Assembly: GCA_001949185.1 (NCBI GenBank)
Contig: BDGG01000011.1
Location: 202,123-266,122 of the forward strand
Length of the DNA stretch: 64,000 nt
Reading direction: 5' to 3'
Source of the DNA: Ramazzottius varieornatus
Lineage: Eukaryota > Animalia > Tardigrada
Positions 12,042-23,858 of this stretch are shown here, in pieces. How positions within the stretch are numbered: position 1 is the stretch's first letter; each line of letters begins with the position of its first letter. Both the position numbers and the translations under genes were made by a program. A model generated the notes under the pieces. It did not search any database and was not told the origin of the DNA. It saw nothing but the letters and a program-made list of their open reading frames with translations.

Positions 12042-15000
12042 ATGGCGAACATCGGGGAGGCTGACCGTCGACATTTACACGCCTTGTACAATGGCCATCT
12101 ACGAAAAAGCAGCAACACATCCTCCACAGCGTCTTCCATTGAGTCGCCTGACGAGGAAGCCGAACGCCGGTTTCGTGCTCATAAGATCCGGAAGCAGTCT
12201 TCCCCAGCATATCTTCCCTCCATTAGTGTTACCCGTCACGAAAGTCTAGCCCCGTCCTCGGCTACACGCCCGGCAGCCGAGTCCTTTAACCATAACCGCT
12301 CTAGCTCCGTACGAAATAACAATAAGTCTAGTGCATCGGTCGTCCGACGTCCATCTAACCTTGAAGTCAGAAGCAGCTCGCGAAATCAGCGCTCCATCAA
12401 CGGAAGGTGCGTTAACATTCAAATACTCGTGTTTATGAATGTGAGCTGAAACGGTTGTTACCTGGTTGATCATACCAGTAGTCACCTTGATGCCTTAAGT
12501 CATGCATGTATCAGTACCTGCTTTCACAAGGCAAAATCGTAAACGAAATTGCTGTGTGAATTTCAGCCGGGCGAATTCTCCGCGACCTTCGCTAACAGAA
12601 CTTCCAGTCGAATTTCGGTCGCGAGCCAACACCCTTCCCGGAAAGGATAAAGAAAGGGAGGAAGTTGACGAAAACCATTACCGCTGTCGCCGTTTCGATG
12701 TCTCGCCAAAAGGCCAGGTTCAGAACCGCGGCGACTCAATCAAGCCCAGAGCCAGCAATACTTCACTGAATAAGATTGGCGCCGAGGAGCCGCCCCCAAC
12801 GCCGAGTTACAAAGGTGAGCGGTTACTGTCGGTCAGTAGTGCGCTCTCTTCGACGAGAGGTTCGCCTGATTCCCGTGAAGGCCGCTCCCCGAGCATTGAC
12901 TCACCTGCGGATAACATCAATACCTACCGTGTACATGTTTGCGGAGAAGAGGGCGTGGGAAAGACTTCGCTGGTTAATCAGTTCTTATCTTCGGATCAAA
13001 TCAACGTTTTCGAAGGATCCCCCGGAGGTACGAGAGTAGCCTACGAAGTGCTCCTTGATATTACCCTTCACCGTCGTGTTTTTCCAAAACTTAAAAGACC
13101 AAGGGGGTACCTCGGTTGCTTGGCGCACCCCAAAAGCCTTGCGGAATGGCTTCTGTCGAACCTTTTCGTCTTAAATTTTCGCGTTTGCTTTCACAAACGT
13201 TGTCGCTTCCAGTTAAAAAAGACGTGAACTGGCTAGCAGCTTCCTGAAAATTTCAAGAGAATATTTCGTTTTTGACCAGCTTTTGTCTTGAGTTGACAAA
13301 CCAAATTTTTACTTAAGAGCTGGCTGACGAAAAGCCTCCTTAAACATTGGACAGAGAGCTAGCACATTGGTACCGTCTTAGAAGCTTCAGTATGTTCCAT
13401 GCTGCGTGACCAGTGGTTACAGCAAAAATGAGAAAATCTGGCTTTTGGTTCACTTAGTGGCGCATTCTACTCGAAAAATGCGAAGCGTACATGTGATGAT
13501 TCGCCCGATCTGATCCCACCCCATGATTTCAGCCAGTTAAAAATTGGGGAAGGTGATCTACCCCCCTTGTACTCCCAGAGCTCGGAATTGTGGTCTTTTA
13601 AGTGTTAAGTAAATGTTTGAAATGGTCAGCGGGACGGTGAAGTTTTTGAGATTTCTACACGTAGCTGAGCAGTGCTAAAAAATGATGCGGGCAATTTTTA
13701 CAACTTTGAGCAGAGCTTAATTCGAGTTAGAGATGTTCATTTATGGAAATTTCGAACGAAGTCTGCTTGCAGCTTCCTCATCAAGGTCGTTTACGACGTG
13801 TTGATTGTTATTAATGGATATTTTCCGAACGGCGCAGGGAGAATCACATGGTAATTAGCGCTGAAATAATCAACTATGTGTGATGTTGAGGCAACCACAT
13901 CATCGAAAAATAATTCATGATCAGGTCTGGCTAGCCGAGGAGTATATTCATAGCTTCGTTACGAGATCGTTGGGCTAAAACGGTACGAGTGCAGGGAACC
14001 ATCATCATTAGCATGGGAAGTGTTGATGGAGGTCGCCTAGCCGTATCCGCACATTATGCTCAAATTGGTCTTTGTGGGGGCGACGGTTTTGGCGTGAAGA
14101 CTGCTGTATTTACAGTCATTCCTTCAGAACGAACAGACGATATCATTCTTCATGCAGAGTTTTGAAGGGTGCTCTGACCATTGGAATTTACCGTTCAATG
14201 AAAACAGATCTCGCTAAGCATTCGCATACTTGTGTAAAGTGCCAAGTAATGAGTACCAGCGACGGCTAAATATGACCACAAGTCCGATAGCCGTCAGGGA
14301 AAACTGAAAAGGATGTACAAAAATCGCGTATATCCTCCCAAGAACGTTAACGCCAAGCGGTGCATTGAGTCGGTAGTCCGTGATGCTGTTCCCGCTCTAG
14401 TCGCGAACCTTAATGTTTGCGTTCACATGGTTGTGGAAGCAGTGACACATATCCTCCGTGCCGAAGCCGCAACGTTGCCCCAGCTGATAAGCAGCTGTTC
14501 CTGCCGAAAGTGGTTCACGGCCAACGGGCCTGACGTTTTTATCGCCTGTTTCGCAGACACGAAATGTCGTTCATCAAATCCTTATGTCCCACACGACTAA
14601 TACGCTAGTTGACCGTGCGGGGAGAGTTTTTTTGGCAGAACACGGTCACTGATGACGTCAGAAGACTCATTGAGCTTCCTTCTCCGACACCGACCCAGTT
14701 CGAAAATAACCTAAAATTGCTCTGAAAAAAGTATTAGTGTTTTATATATACTCATTATCTAACAGTTAGATATTTCCGTAATTTGAAATGTTAGCAAGAC
14801 AGAACAGGGGCGGTATCTGGTGAAAACCATCTTGAAATCCGAATATTCAGCTGAATGTTAGGGGAAAGAAATGGTGTTACCTTCTGGTCCGTAACTTTTT
14901 GTTGTTTTTCCAGAGGAGGAACAGACAGTTTCTGTCCTGCTGGATGGACAGGAATCCTGCCTATGCTTCATCGACGAACCCTCGTCGATTCAAGTAAGTG

Positions 15001-15874
15001 AAGAAGGTTGCTGGCGGGAGACAGAAGCGATGATACGTGTCGATGTAACAGGGAGCCAGATTACTTTTATGACTTCTGATTGCGGCCTACAGCACATGCC
15101 GGCTTGGCATTCCGCCCTAATGTGCTTCGTCGAAGCCATCGCAGTCAGAGCACTTAAGCTTCTTCCAAACAACCACAGCAAGCTTCTCTGAAGGTCCGGC
15201 TTGTTTACATCAAAAAATTCCAGAACCTAAACTTTGAAGATGTCGGTCTTTATTTGCTCGCGCGTTCTTTGATTTTCTAAGAATGTAGCCATTTTTAGAA
15301 AGATTAATGAAAAGTGACGTCAAGTTTATTGTACTTGGCAGGGACGTGGTCAACCTACAGCGCACGCCTATATCCTGATGTACAATGTGGCGGATCGAAC
15401 AACCTTCGAGAACATTATTGACACATTATACGAACTGAAGCAGGCGGATGAAACTCGAGACCGCGCTATCATTCTTGTTGGCAACAAAACTGATCTGGTT
15501 CGCTCTCGAATGGTCGAGTTTGACGGTACGAAGAAGCTCAATCATAACCATAGCCAGAATGCAATTACATAATTTATTCTCTCTTGTTTACAGAGGGTAC
15601 TTCGATTGCTGCATCCTACGATTGCAAGTTCATCGAAACTTCGGCAGCAATGAGTCAGAATGTGGATGAACTTTTAGTTGGAACTCTAAAACAAATCCGA
15701 CTGAAGGAACAGCAAGGACCCCAGCAAAAGCGGAAGGTCGTCAAGTACAAACGCCATGCGCGTGGCAAGAAGAATACACTAGTCCAGGGATACGACAAAG
15801 CTTGTGATCTATTATCAAAGCTGATATCGAAAGGTGGTTCGTCAAAGTCCTGCGGGAACTTACACGTCCTATGA
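12042..15874 (+). CDS. RGK-family (Rad/Rem/Gem) small GTPase; exons 12042-12406, 12567-13027, 14914-14993, 15342-15525, 15594-15874
   Basis: Long Ser/Arg-rich N-terminus, P-loop GEEGVGKTSL, ILVGNKTDLVRSR, CKFIETSAA, basic C-terminal tail and the RGK-diagnostic terminus SKSCGNLHVL*. Confidence 0.9.
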
Positions 15875-15974
15875 GAAACCATTTTTCCATATTACTTTTA
15901 TTTGTCATTCATTATTATGAACAAGTTATAATTTTGCAACTTACACAGTAAGATTAACTATATCGAGAATGTTG

Positions 15975-17265
15975 TATGTATAAATTCAAGAACGCCTTTA
16001 ACACCATTCGTCGGGATGTGCTTATCCAAATCGTCCATGACACCATGCCAATGTATCTACCCTTCGTTTGGCAGTCTTACAGGCGACCGTCAAAGTTGGT
16101 GTATGGCGAGCATGTCTTAGAATCAGCAAGCAGTGTCCAGCAGGGGGATCTCCTAGGTCCCTTGTTGTTTTGTCTGGTGATCGAGTCGGTTTAGGTGGAC
16201 TGGGCATCCGTCGTACGGAAGAGGTCGCACTCCCAGCCTTTTTGGCTTCGATCCACTCCGTTCAACAACTGGTGCTCAGCATCCTCCCTGGTGCCGCTTT
16301 GGACAGCGAAACTGATCTCGCTTTGACCTAGTGGACCTTCCTGACGACAGCTAATCCTCCCCTTCCTGAGTTGCGTCATCAGCAGCGAGCCTGGGACCTT
16401 CCTCTTCTAAAGAACAGCCATGACGCAATGGTAAGTGCTGCTTCACTCAACACTAAAGCCCGTCTTTTAGCTGTTTGAGACAAAAACTCGGGATCATGGC
16501 TTCACGCACTCCCGGCTTCCTCACTCGGAAACCTTCTGGACGACAACACGCTACGAGTAAGCATTGGTTTGCGTCTAGGCGCAAAACTATGCAGACCTCA
16601 CGTGTGTCGGTGCGGAAAGGATGTGGACGAGCTCGGACAGCACGGCTTGAGCTACAAGTACAGCGCCGGACGCCACAGTCGTCACAATGCACCGAACGAG
16701 TCCTTTTGCCGAGCGTTAGCCACCGCTCAGGTGTCTTCGATCGTGCAACCACCGGGAACTTTCCGTGCGGACAAGCGACGGCCTGACGGAATGTCACAAG
16801 TCCCATGGAAGAATGGGAAGGAGCTAGTGTGGGACGTGACAGTTGTCGACACGTTGGCTCAGATGAACATTGTCGATTCGTCGAGGAGAGCAGGATCGGC
16901 TGCGGAAGAAGCTGAAAAGAGGAAGAAGGCAAAGTATGTCGACATCGGCCAGCAGTTCTCCTTCTGTCCAGTCGGACTGGAGACCTTTGGACCGTGGGGA
17001 CCTTCAGCAACGGAACTTTTTGAGACAGTTGGTAAAAAGATGCTTGAGATAACTGGAGAGGCTCGTTCTTTACAGTTTTTAAGCAGCGCGTGTCTATTGA
17101 CATTCAGCGTGGTAATTGTTTTTCTGTTATTTCAACTGTTAAAGATCAGAAAGGTCTTGATGCGGTGTTTTTTGTTTTGGATTTTAGGAAGGGAAAATCT
17201 ATACCGTAAGCTTTTGACGTATTTTTCCTTGTTTAGATTTGTCTTTCTTCGTTTTGGAAACTGAA
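15975..17265 (+). mobile_element. Decayed CRE-clade non-LTR retrotransposon (RT remnant + Zn knuckle + restriction-like endonuclease), 5'-truncated and internally deleted
   Basis: FKNAFNTIRRD and VQQGDLLGPLLF (RT), GGLGIR, SWLHALP...LRLG, CRCG....GQHGL, RHNA, RPDG...WDVTV..., GLETFGPWG, and in a shifted frame QRVSIDIQRGN. In-frame stops near 16329 and 16475, a frameshift near 17080, and the YLDD region is missing. Confidence 0.85.
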
Positions 17266-17644
17266 TATTATCTTGAATGAAGTGTGGAATTGTATAAATG
17301 CCCAATTACATTGCACCATATTTGTCGAGTGAAAGGTGGTGGGTTCTGTCTTCGTGGCAATCGGTACACATTACAAAGTGGCGCGGACGGTGTCAAGGAA
17401 CGTTGCTACGGGTAACCAAATCAACGAGGCCATCATCACAAGTAATACTTGGCACTACTGATGTAGTTTGATTTTTCATGGCGATTCCGTCGTAGGCTCT
17501 GTATAGAGTTACTTTCCAACTTTCGAGCGTCCAGCAGAAATGTTCTGTGCGCACGAACTTCGGCTTCCATTTTGAGCAGAATCAGTGACTATCATATTTC
17601 AACTGGCTTCCTACACCCCGTATGTTTCACTTATTAGGGAATTT

Positions 17645-17778
17645 GCACTTTCAACAGAGGAATTCGATAAACGAACGAAACGACTGCATTCACAAGTGTT
17701 TTAAGTATGTTAAAACATTTCTAAATGCAGTCCCTTTCGTTTAGACGTTCATTTATCGACTTCCTCTTCTGAAAGTGC
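17645..17778. repeat. Imperfect palindrome / foldback hairpin (~135 bp)
   Basis: Left arm GCACTTTCAACAGAGGAATTCGATAAACGAAC...GACTGCATT...GTTTTAA pairs with right arm TTAAAAC...AATGCAGTC...GTTCATTTATCGACTTCCTCTTCTGAAAGTGC. Confidence 0.75.
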
Positions 17779-18925
17779 TTCTTCCTTATTAGCAGATTAT
17801 TTGGGGTTCTCACTTTCTGGTGTAAGCTCGACGTACCAATGCTCGGCTGCAACAGAAACGCATTAACCTGACACCATCAGCGAACTGATGTAATATTTTG
17901 AGAAGGGTTGCCTCAGCTAATTAGTAGATTTCCGTTCAGGATCAAGTCCTACAGCGATCAGCTCATTCAGTAATTTGGAGCTTGAGTAAGTACTGTCGTT
18001 ATCGAAGTTCGTGATCCATATAATTGCTTGGAACTCTTTTCCGTGTATTGGGATTACTCGAATGGTAATCTCGGCTGAATTTTAGTCATAATTCGTAAGT
18101 AAAATTTTTTTAGTGACATGGCGGTTGGTTTCCGGGAAACAGCATCGAGGGTGACGGATCAGTTGCTCGATTCGACAATGATCGATGTAATACTCACGTT
18201 CATCATCGATGGGTTTCGCATTTGTTAGTTTCATACAGCTTTGCGGAAAAATTCGAACGTTGTGAACATTGCTTCGGGGTGAAAAAAGTGGGAGTTGCGA
18301 GGCAATCGCTGGTTTACTTAACACCTTGAGCATGACGCGATTTCGTGCTTCCAGAAGTACGAGGTCGGAAACTCACTTTCGCCGCATTTTAACTGGTTGA
18401 GGTCGGTACGCGGCACCAAACTTGACCAATCACCCTTTCTTCGGTTGACCAAAATTTGGGAATATGTTGTACAGTGCGCCACCTGCCAACTCAAAACGGT
18501 CGACCTTAATAATTTCTTGTTGACCGTTGGGCAGATCTTTTTTCACATGTAAAGTTGTACGACTATACAAAAATGTTTGAACTAGGGTTGCAATGTTTTT
18601 GGAGACCCTGGGCCAACCGAGAGCCTCCCTACGACGAAATTTAATCGAAAACGGCAAAAATTCCAGCCAGTTTTCATAGTTGATGTCCAACGGCAGTTAT
18701 TTGCCATTAAAAGGCGGTTCTTCAGGCAAACAGGGAAAAAAGGGGTAGCAGAAGTTAAGCTAGAATCTCGCTACGTAGAAATTAACGTGCGCCAGGAATG
18801 TGTGTCTCCTGGTATTAATCCACGGTTAAAAGTTCTGCAGATCGATTGCCTCTGGTCCGTTCAGCACTTCTAAGGGTATCCAGTAGACCGCTTCAGCGTA
18901 ACGAGACGTTGCTTAAGTACCTTAA

Positions 18926-19829
18926 GGGGAGGTTATCGTGTATTCTGGCCCTTCTGGGAAAAAATTAGATACAGGAGATAGGAAAACGTTTTCTGTGTAA
19001 AGACCGTTCCGTATGTTAGAGTAATGGTCATACTACAATTTACTGGTGCGCGCAACGAACAAAGTCGCTGACGTGCGCTGCTGTGGACCCACAAACACGA
19101 TATTGGTTTTGCAGCGTTCTACCTTGACTCGTACGTTAGGTCAAGAGCCAACCAATACTAAAGTTGTAGACAACAACCTCGCCTACAAAGTGATAGTTTT
19201 TTCAAACTGCGACCTGCAACGCCGATCGAAAAATTTTGAAAAATGGCACAGCAACCCACTTTGGAGGCCGATTTCTCAAGAACCACAGACGGTCACGGTC
19301 TCCAAAACCAACACTTTGTGGACACAACTGTGTTCGCTCGATAAAGTGTTTTTGATAATTTTTCTGATCATTCGTCTATTTTTGGTCAGATTTTAATTGT
19401 GGTCGGGTCGACTGTTCAGCGTGACGCTTCAAAGTTTGTTTATTCTACGAGGCAGTGGGACAGAGGCTTGACCAGTCAACTTCCACCCTCTACCTGCAGA
19501 GGATATTGCGCTGGTCAGTAGAGCCCTTGTCCGTTGGATATTGCACTGTCTATCTCTTCATTGCGCTCTCTGCAGTGAAAATTGGCCCATAAACGGCACC
19601 AAAAGCCAACGGCTAGTAAATCAGCATGCACAGGCCCAGTGCACCCGGTCGCTCCGTCCGGAAGATAACAGAAAGGCTGCTTCCGGATTTACTCAACTAG
19701 CTTCATAATTTTATATCCCGAAAACTATAAAAGTTGTTTGCTGGTTGGCATGTAGGGATACATTGAACTATATCACTAGACGGTTTTGAATTTGCTGTTG
19801 TCGACCCGTTCTGGAAGAATAACCTCCCC
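18926..19829. mobile_element. Kolobok-like non-autonomous DNA transposon (904 bp) inserted in the centre of a short palindromic element (18886-19872)
   Basis: 11-bp TIR GGGGAGGTTAT / ATAACCTCCCC with TTAA on both sides (18922-25, 19830-33). Purine-starting termini plus a TTAA TSD is the Kolobok pattern. Outer arms GACCGCTTCAGCGT..ACGAGACGTT / AACGTCTCGT..ACGCTGAAGCGGTC. Confidence 0.6.
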
Positions 19830-20310
19830 TTAAGTAACGTCTCGTCACGATGAAGTAGACGCTGAAGCGGTCCCATGGATTACCATGGGTAAGAAGAACC
19901 TAATAGCTTATACAGTACAGAAACTCGCGCCGCAGTTCGAAAATCAGTGGTCAATTACCCATGATTGCTGTGTACTCCCTGCTATAGAACGTTCCCGTCA
20001 CAAAAAAATTTTCACGCAAGACCAACGGTTACCTCTGTAGCGGAAAGGCATGGTCCATAACTTACTTTTTTTCCCGACCGATAATTTGGCTAAGTGCATG
20101 TACAGACTAGGCACACCAAGGACCTCGTCCTGACTTTTCTCTTGCTCACATACGTGATGGGGCAATCCCAAACACTTCAGGCTTGTTAAGCACTATAATG
20201 ACGTATGCAGGCAAAGTTGAAGTAGGACCAAAGTTAGGACCAGCTCCTCGTACAAAAGAAAATGCGGGTGAGACATGGACGACAGGCTATTATATTGTGC
20301 ATTCATGACG

Positions 20311-21014
20311 TTATCGCGCAGTGTTTGAGTTTGGTGATGAGATCTCTGCATAAGATGGAGGTTGGTCCAAATGGTACGGTAAATGGTGACCAACAGGAAT
20401 TGTCGGAGGAAACTGTGCCAGCGTAACTGAATCCTGTGTGACACCTGATGAACCTTGACCGGGCTGGCAGGCGCTTGACAGGACCGGGGTACTTCCGCGT
20501 ACTGTGTATACAACCTGTTGCGGATTAATGGTGGTACACGTCACTGAGACTGCACAGTTCGTACTTTTCCGAAGCCACAAAGTACTGATGAGACTGAGCA
20601 CCGTGTACATGATACCGATCAAGATGGTCCATCCGACGGAATAATATTCGCAACTGTTGCCCGGAGCACAAATAGACTGTGGTGTGCCTACTGGCCCGAA
20701 TACCACAGTGAGAAAAGTACGCCTGTAATGAATAGTAGGTTGGAGTAGCCGCGGATCCATGGGTCGCTGGCTGCGGAGGGGTCTAGACGGTATGCCAGGT
20801 ATTTGTTCCAGTACAGTAACAACCCGTAGATGCTGACCATCAAGGACCAACAAGATAGGACGAATGCAAAAGGATATGCCATGTTTGTAAGGTTGTATGC
20901 TAAAGCAATACATATGAAGGAAAGAAACAGTAGAGCCTCGGAGGAGAACAGCAGGACTTTGAGAGCTGGAGACATGTGTGGTGACCAGCCTCTGCGGCCA
21001 TTGTAGTAGTGCAT
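20311..21014 (-). CDS. Intronless four-TM membrane protein with C-terminal PPxY (PPSY) motif, interrupted by a 1-nt frameshift (pseudogene or assembly indel)
   Basis: ORF 21014-20688 has three hydrophobic segments. The overlapping frame 20913-20311 supplies a Cys loop (ICAPGNSC), TM4 and QPPSYAE. Adding one base in the A4 run at 20713-20716 joins the two frames. Confidence 0.6.
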
Positions 21015-21439
21015 TCTGGTAAAAAAAACAGTTGGAAAAGCAATGTTTGATACGGAAAACTTATAGGATCTGTTCGGCTAGCCTGCCAAATTCACTGACT
21101 GAAGCTATTGGGTATGGACAGTTATAGCTTTGTCTCAAACATAGTTTCATATCTTGCATTTGTTATCATGCATGAGTTGCATTGTAATTAGTGTCCAGAT
21201 TAAGGTGGACTCAGACTTTGTCATCGGTCTGGGTGCACAGTGTGCCTATTTTTGATTCAGGCGTGGTGTACTGTAGATACAAATTTTGAAAGCTAGCAGT
21301 ATGGCTTCATTCAAAAACTCTTTCCCAGAAAGTGTTAATCAACAGTGTGCGAAAACCTGTGGCGCCCTCACTCGCAGTGCGGTACTCGTGATTAATGAGC
21401 ACTAGCCGCAGGATTGACTGTACTTCCTGGTTCTAAACC

Positions 21440-21945
21440 GCCCCATGGAAAAGTTTTCCTGTGGTCTGTGAGGGATGATCCTGAGAACGACTGTTCTTGG
21501 GGGACTCTCCTCTGCAAAAGAATGAACAAAAATTATCCACGATGGATGGCAATCATGCATGGATTCATGGTTCTTGCTTGAACCTGAACTTTACGCCTTC
21601 TCTGTACAACTTCAAAGTGATCGTTGACCGGCAGCAGCGCTTTCAACTAGCTGCTACGAGTGGTACTCGGGAGAGAATTCCAAATTTCATACTTACTAAA
21701 GGCCTGCGCTCCAGGCATCACTTATTCCGACCTTGAAGTGTGGCCTTCTCACCGTTGATCTCCACCTTCTTTGTCTTCGACGGCGGAAAAAATTCTAGGT
21801 ACAACACAAAAAGGGTGGCAGACAGGAACACTACTTATATCGATGTCTTCCATCTGTCTTAACCTCGATATCAGTTCATCGCAGCCATACTATTCAGTCG
21901 CTACAGTTGTTTTCCAGACGACCGATTGCTTACGGACCCTCGATA
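21440..21945 (-). pseudogene. Possible heavily decayed Rab-family GTPase pseudogene
   Basis: Collinear minus-strand remnants SVVWKTT (cf. SGVGKT), KTKKVEINGEKATLQ (cf. KTVEINGEKVKLQ), AAGQRSL (cf. TAGQERF) and RG..VVL..LTDHRKTF, separated by intron-like segments, with stops and frameshifts. Confidence 0.4.
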
Positions 21946-21971
21946 TCTCGCCCAGTGGTTACGGAAAGTAG

Positions 21972-22009
21972 TATATAATAAAGGCCTGTTCCAGCTGAGC
22001 TCTTCAGTC
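21972..22009 (+). promoter_or_regulatory. TATA box + initiator of the Pro/Tyr-rich gene
   Basis: TATATAA at 21972 and arthropod-type Inr TCAGTC at 22004-22009, about 30-34 nt downstream. A pyrimidine-rich 5'UTR follows, then AAAATG at 22117-22122. Confidence 0.6.
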
Positions 22010-22119
22010 GACGTACGTTTGCTTTTCCTTCTTGGATCTTTCATTTCCCACGGTTCGCTGTTGTCTTCCTTGTTAGGTAGGTTTTCCTCCTAGCCCACTT
22101 TCCCTCCCTCCGATCGAAA

Positions 22120-23614
22120 ATGTGCACTGAAGCCAAGCCTATCTACCTCGGAGCCGAGCCATTCCTTCCCCACCAGTGGAACACCATCCCCAAGTACGGT
22201 CCATCGTACCCAGGTATGAAGACCTTCGAAGGACCCATGGCCGGACCCTACAACTACCCCACGGTCGGAAGCATCCCCGAATGGAAGCAAATGTACCCCG
22301 AGATCCCGTCTCCCGGTGCGTACTGGCAACCACCCACCACCAAGGTCCCAGGATACCCGTATCCTTACACTTGCAAGCCCGGTGAGTAACACCTACTCAA
22401 ACTTTCAAAAGCAATTTTGTTCCGTCAGGGTGGCGCAATTCGCGTATTTCACTGAAAGTGAAACTAACCGTTTTAGCTTCTCCTACGGTTTTCCAACCGG
22501 AACGTTGACGTTGTACAGAGACGCTTTTGTTACAGAGGGCGAATATTTCCCAGCCAAGCCATGGGAAACCAAGACCTGGGAGATGAAGAAGCCCTACGGA
22601 ACCATGCCTTGGGAGACCAAGCCCATGAACATGAGCTACTACAAGGACGCCATGTGCACCAAGGAGCCATGCTATCCTTATTACCAGCCCGGTAAGCGTT
22701 GTGTCTGTATCCTAAATCATGTCAGCTCTGCTCCTCACTGGCAAACCTCAAAGCACTGAAATTTGAAGCCAGCCATCAGGATCTTTGTCTGTGTTTCAGA
22801 GGCCGAGTACTACCCAACCAAGCCATTCGGACCCATGCCATGGGAGGTTAAGCCCAGCATGCCCATGACTTACTACAAGGACACCAAGGAAGGAAGCTTC
22901 CCATACAGCTTCCGTCCCGGTAAAAAGAGCTTGCTAACAAACTGGATGACTTGAACGAGACCTGTGCTAATCCGGTGTTGTTACTTTTGCAGAGTGGTTC
23001 CCCACCACCTATGGACCCAAGCCATGGGAAAACAAGACTGTCTTCCCCGGTATGCCTTTCTACAAGGAGTACATCAAGGATACATGCTACCCATACACCT
23101 ACAAACCAGGTATTCGCTGTTTAAATGCTGATAAAAATATTTCAAAGTGTCTTTTCAGCTTTCGAGTGAATTTCTAGCAGTGTTCTTACCAATACTGGTT
23201 TCTTGTGTTGCAGAGGGTGAATACTACCCATCCAAGCCCTGGGAGACCAAGCCATACGGGCCTTTCCCCATGTCGACTCCCGTCAGCCTGCCATACCCGC
23301 CCAAGTCGTACCCATACGAGAAGACGTATCCAGGCCAGCCATACTACGGACCCATGAACAAGCCATTCCCACCCACCATGTATCCATTCGACAAGGACTT
23401 CTACCCCACCATGCCCTACGGACCCAACATGTACCCGCTCGACCAAGAGACCGTGTACCCACGCAAGCCTTTCTACGGACCGGTCAACAAGCCATACGGA
23501 CCTTTCCCCGAGTACAAGACCGAGCCCAACTGGCACGGAGAGCTCCCTAACCAGTACACCTACGGATACGGAAACTTCCCCAACGGCCAGCAATCGTCCG
23601 TTCTCGGTGGATAG
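22120..23614 (+). CDS. Novel 351-aa Pro/Tyr/Lys/Met-rich repetitive protein; exons 22120-22381, 22536-22691, 22800-22919, 22993-23109, 23214-23614
   Basis: All four introns are GT-AG and phase 1; total 1056 nt open to TAG. Internal exons (156, 120, 117 nt) repeat the module E(G/A)EY(Y/F)PxKPWETK...YYKD...(C)YPYxx(K/R/Q)P. Strong TAC/AAG/CCC/ACC codon bias. Confidence 0.85.
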
Positions 23615-23858
23615 AATGCCATGTTTCGTGTCAATAGAGCATGAGTAGGTTTTTCCTTTGAGTTTCTCTCATCCCGGATGTTTTGATTCATCGCTTCGAA
23701 TTATGTCGCCATAGAGTTTAGTTGAAGATTTATCCACAGTTCATTTTCCGAAAAGCCGAAACGTAGAAAACAAAAGCCAGATCGCACGCATGCAGTAACA
23801 GCCACGGTGTAGTCCAACCATTTTATCTAACAATTGCTCACGATAATGAGTGTATCGT

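Noticed and set aside
13100-13572. Possible MITE bounded by AAGGGGGTA / TACCCCCCTT in the RGK intron
   Set aside because: Only ~9 bp of inverted match and no convincing TSD.
22120-23614. Assigning the Pro/Tyr protein or the 44091-44777 protein to CAHS/SAHS/MAHS/Dsup/LEA or cuticular R&R families
   Set aside because: No amphipathic helical repeats, FABP-like pattern or R&R consensus are visible; composition differs.
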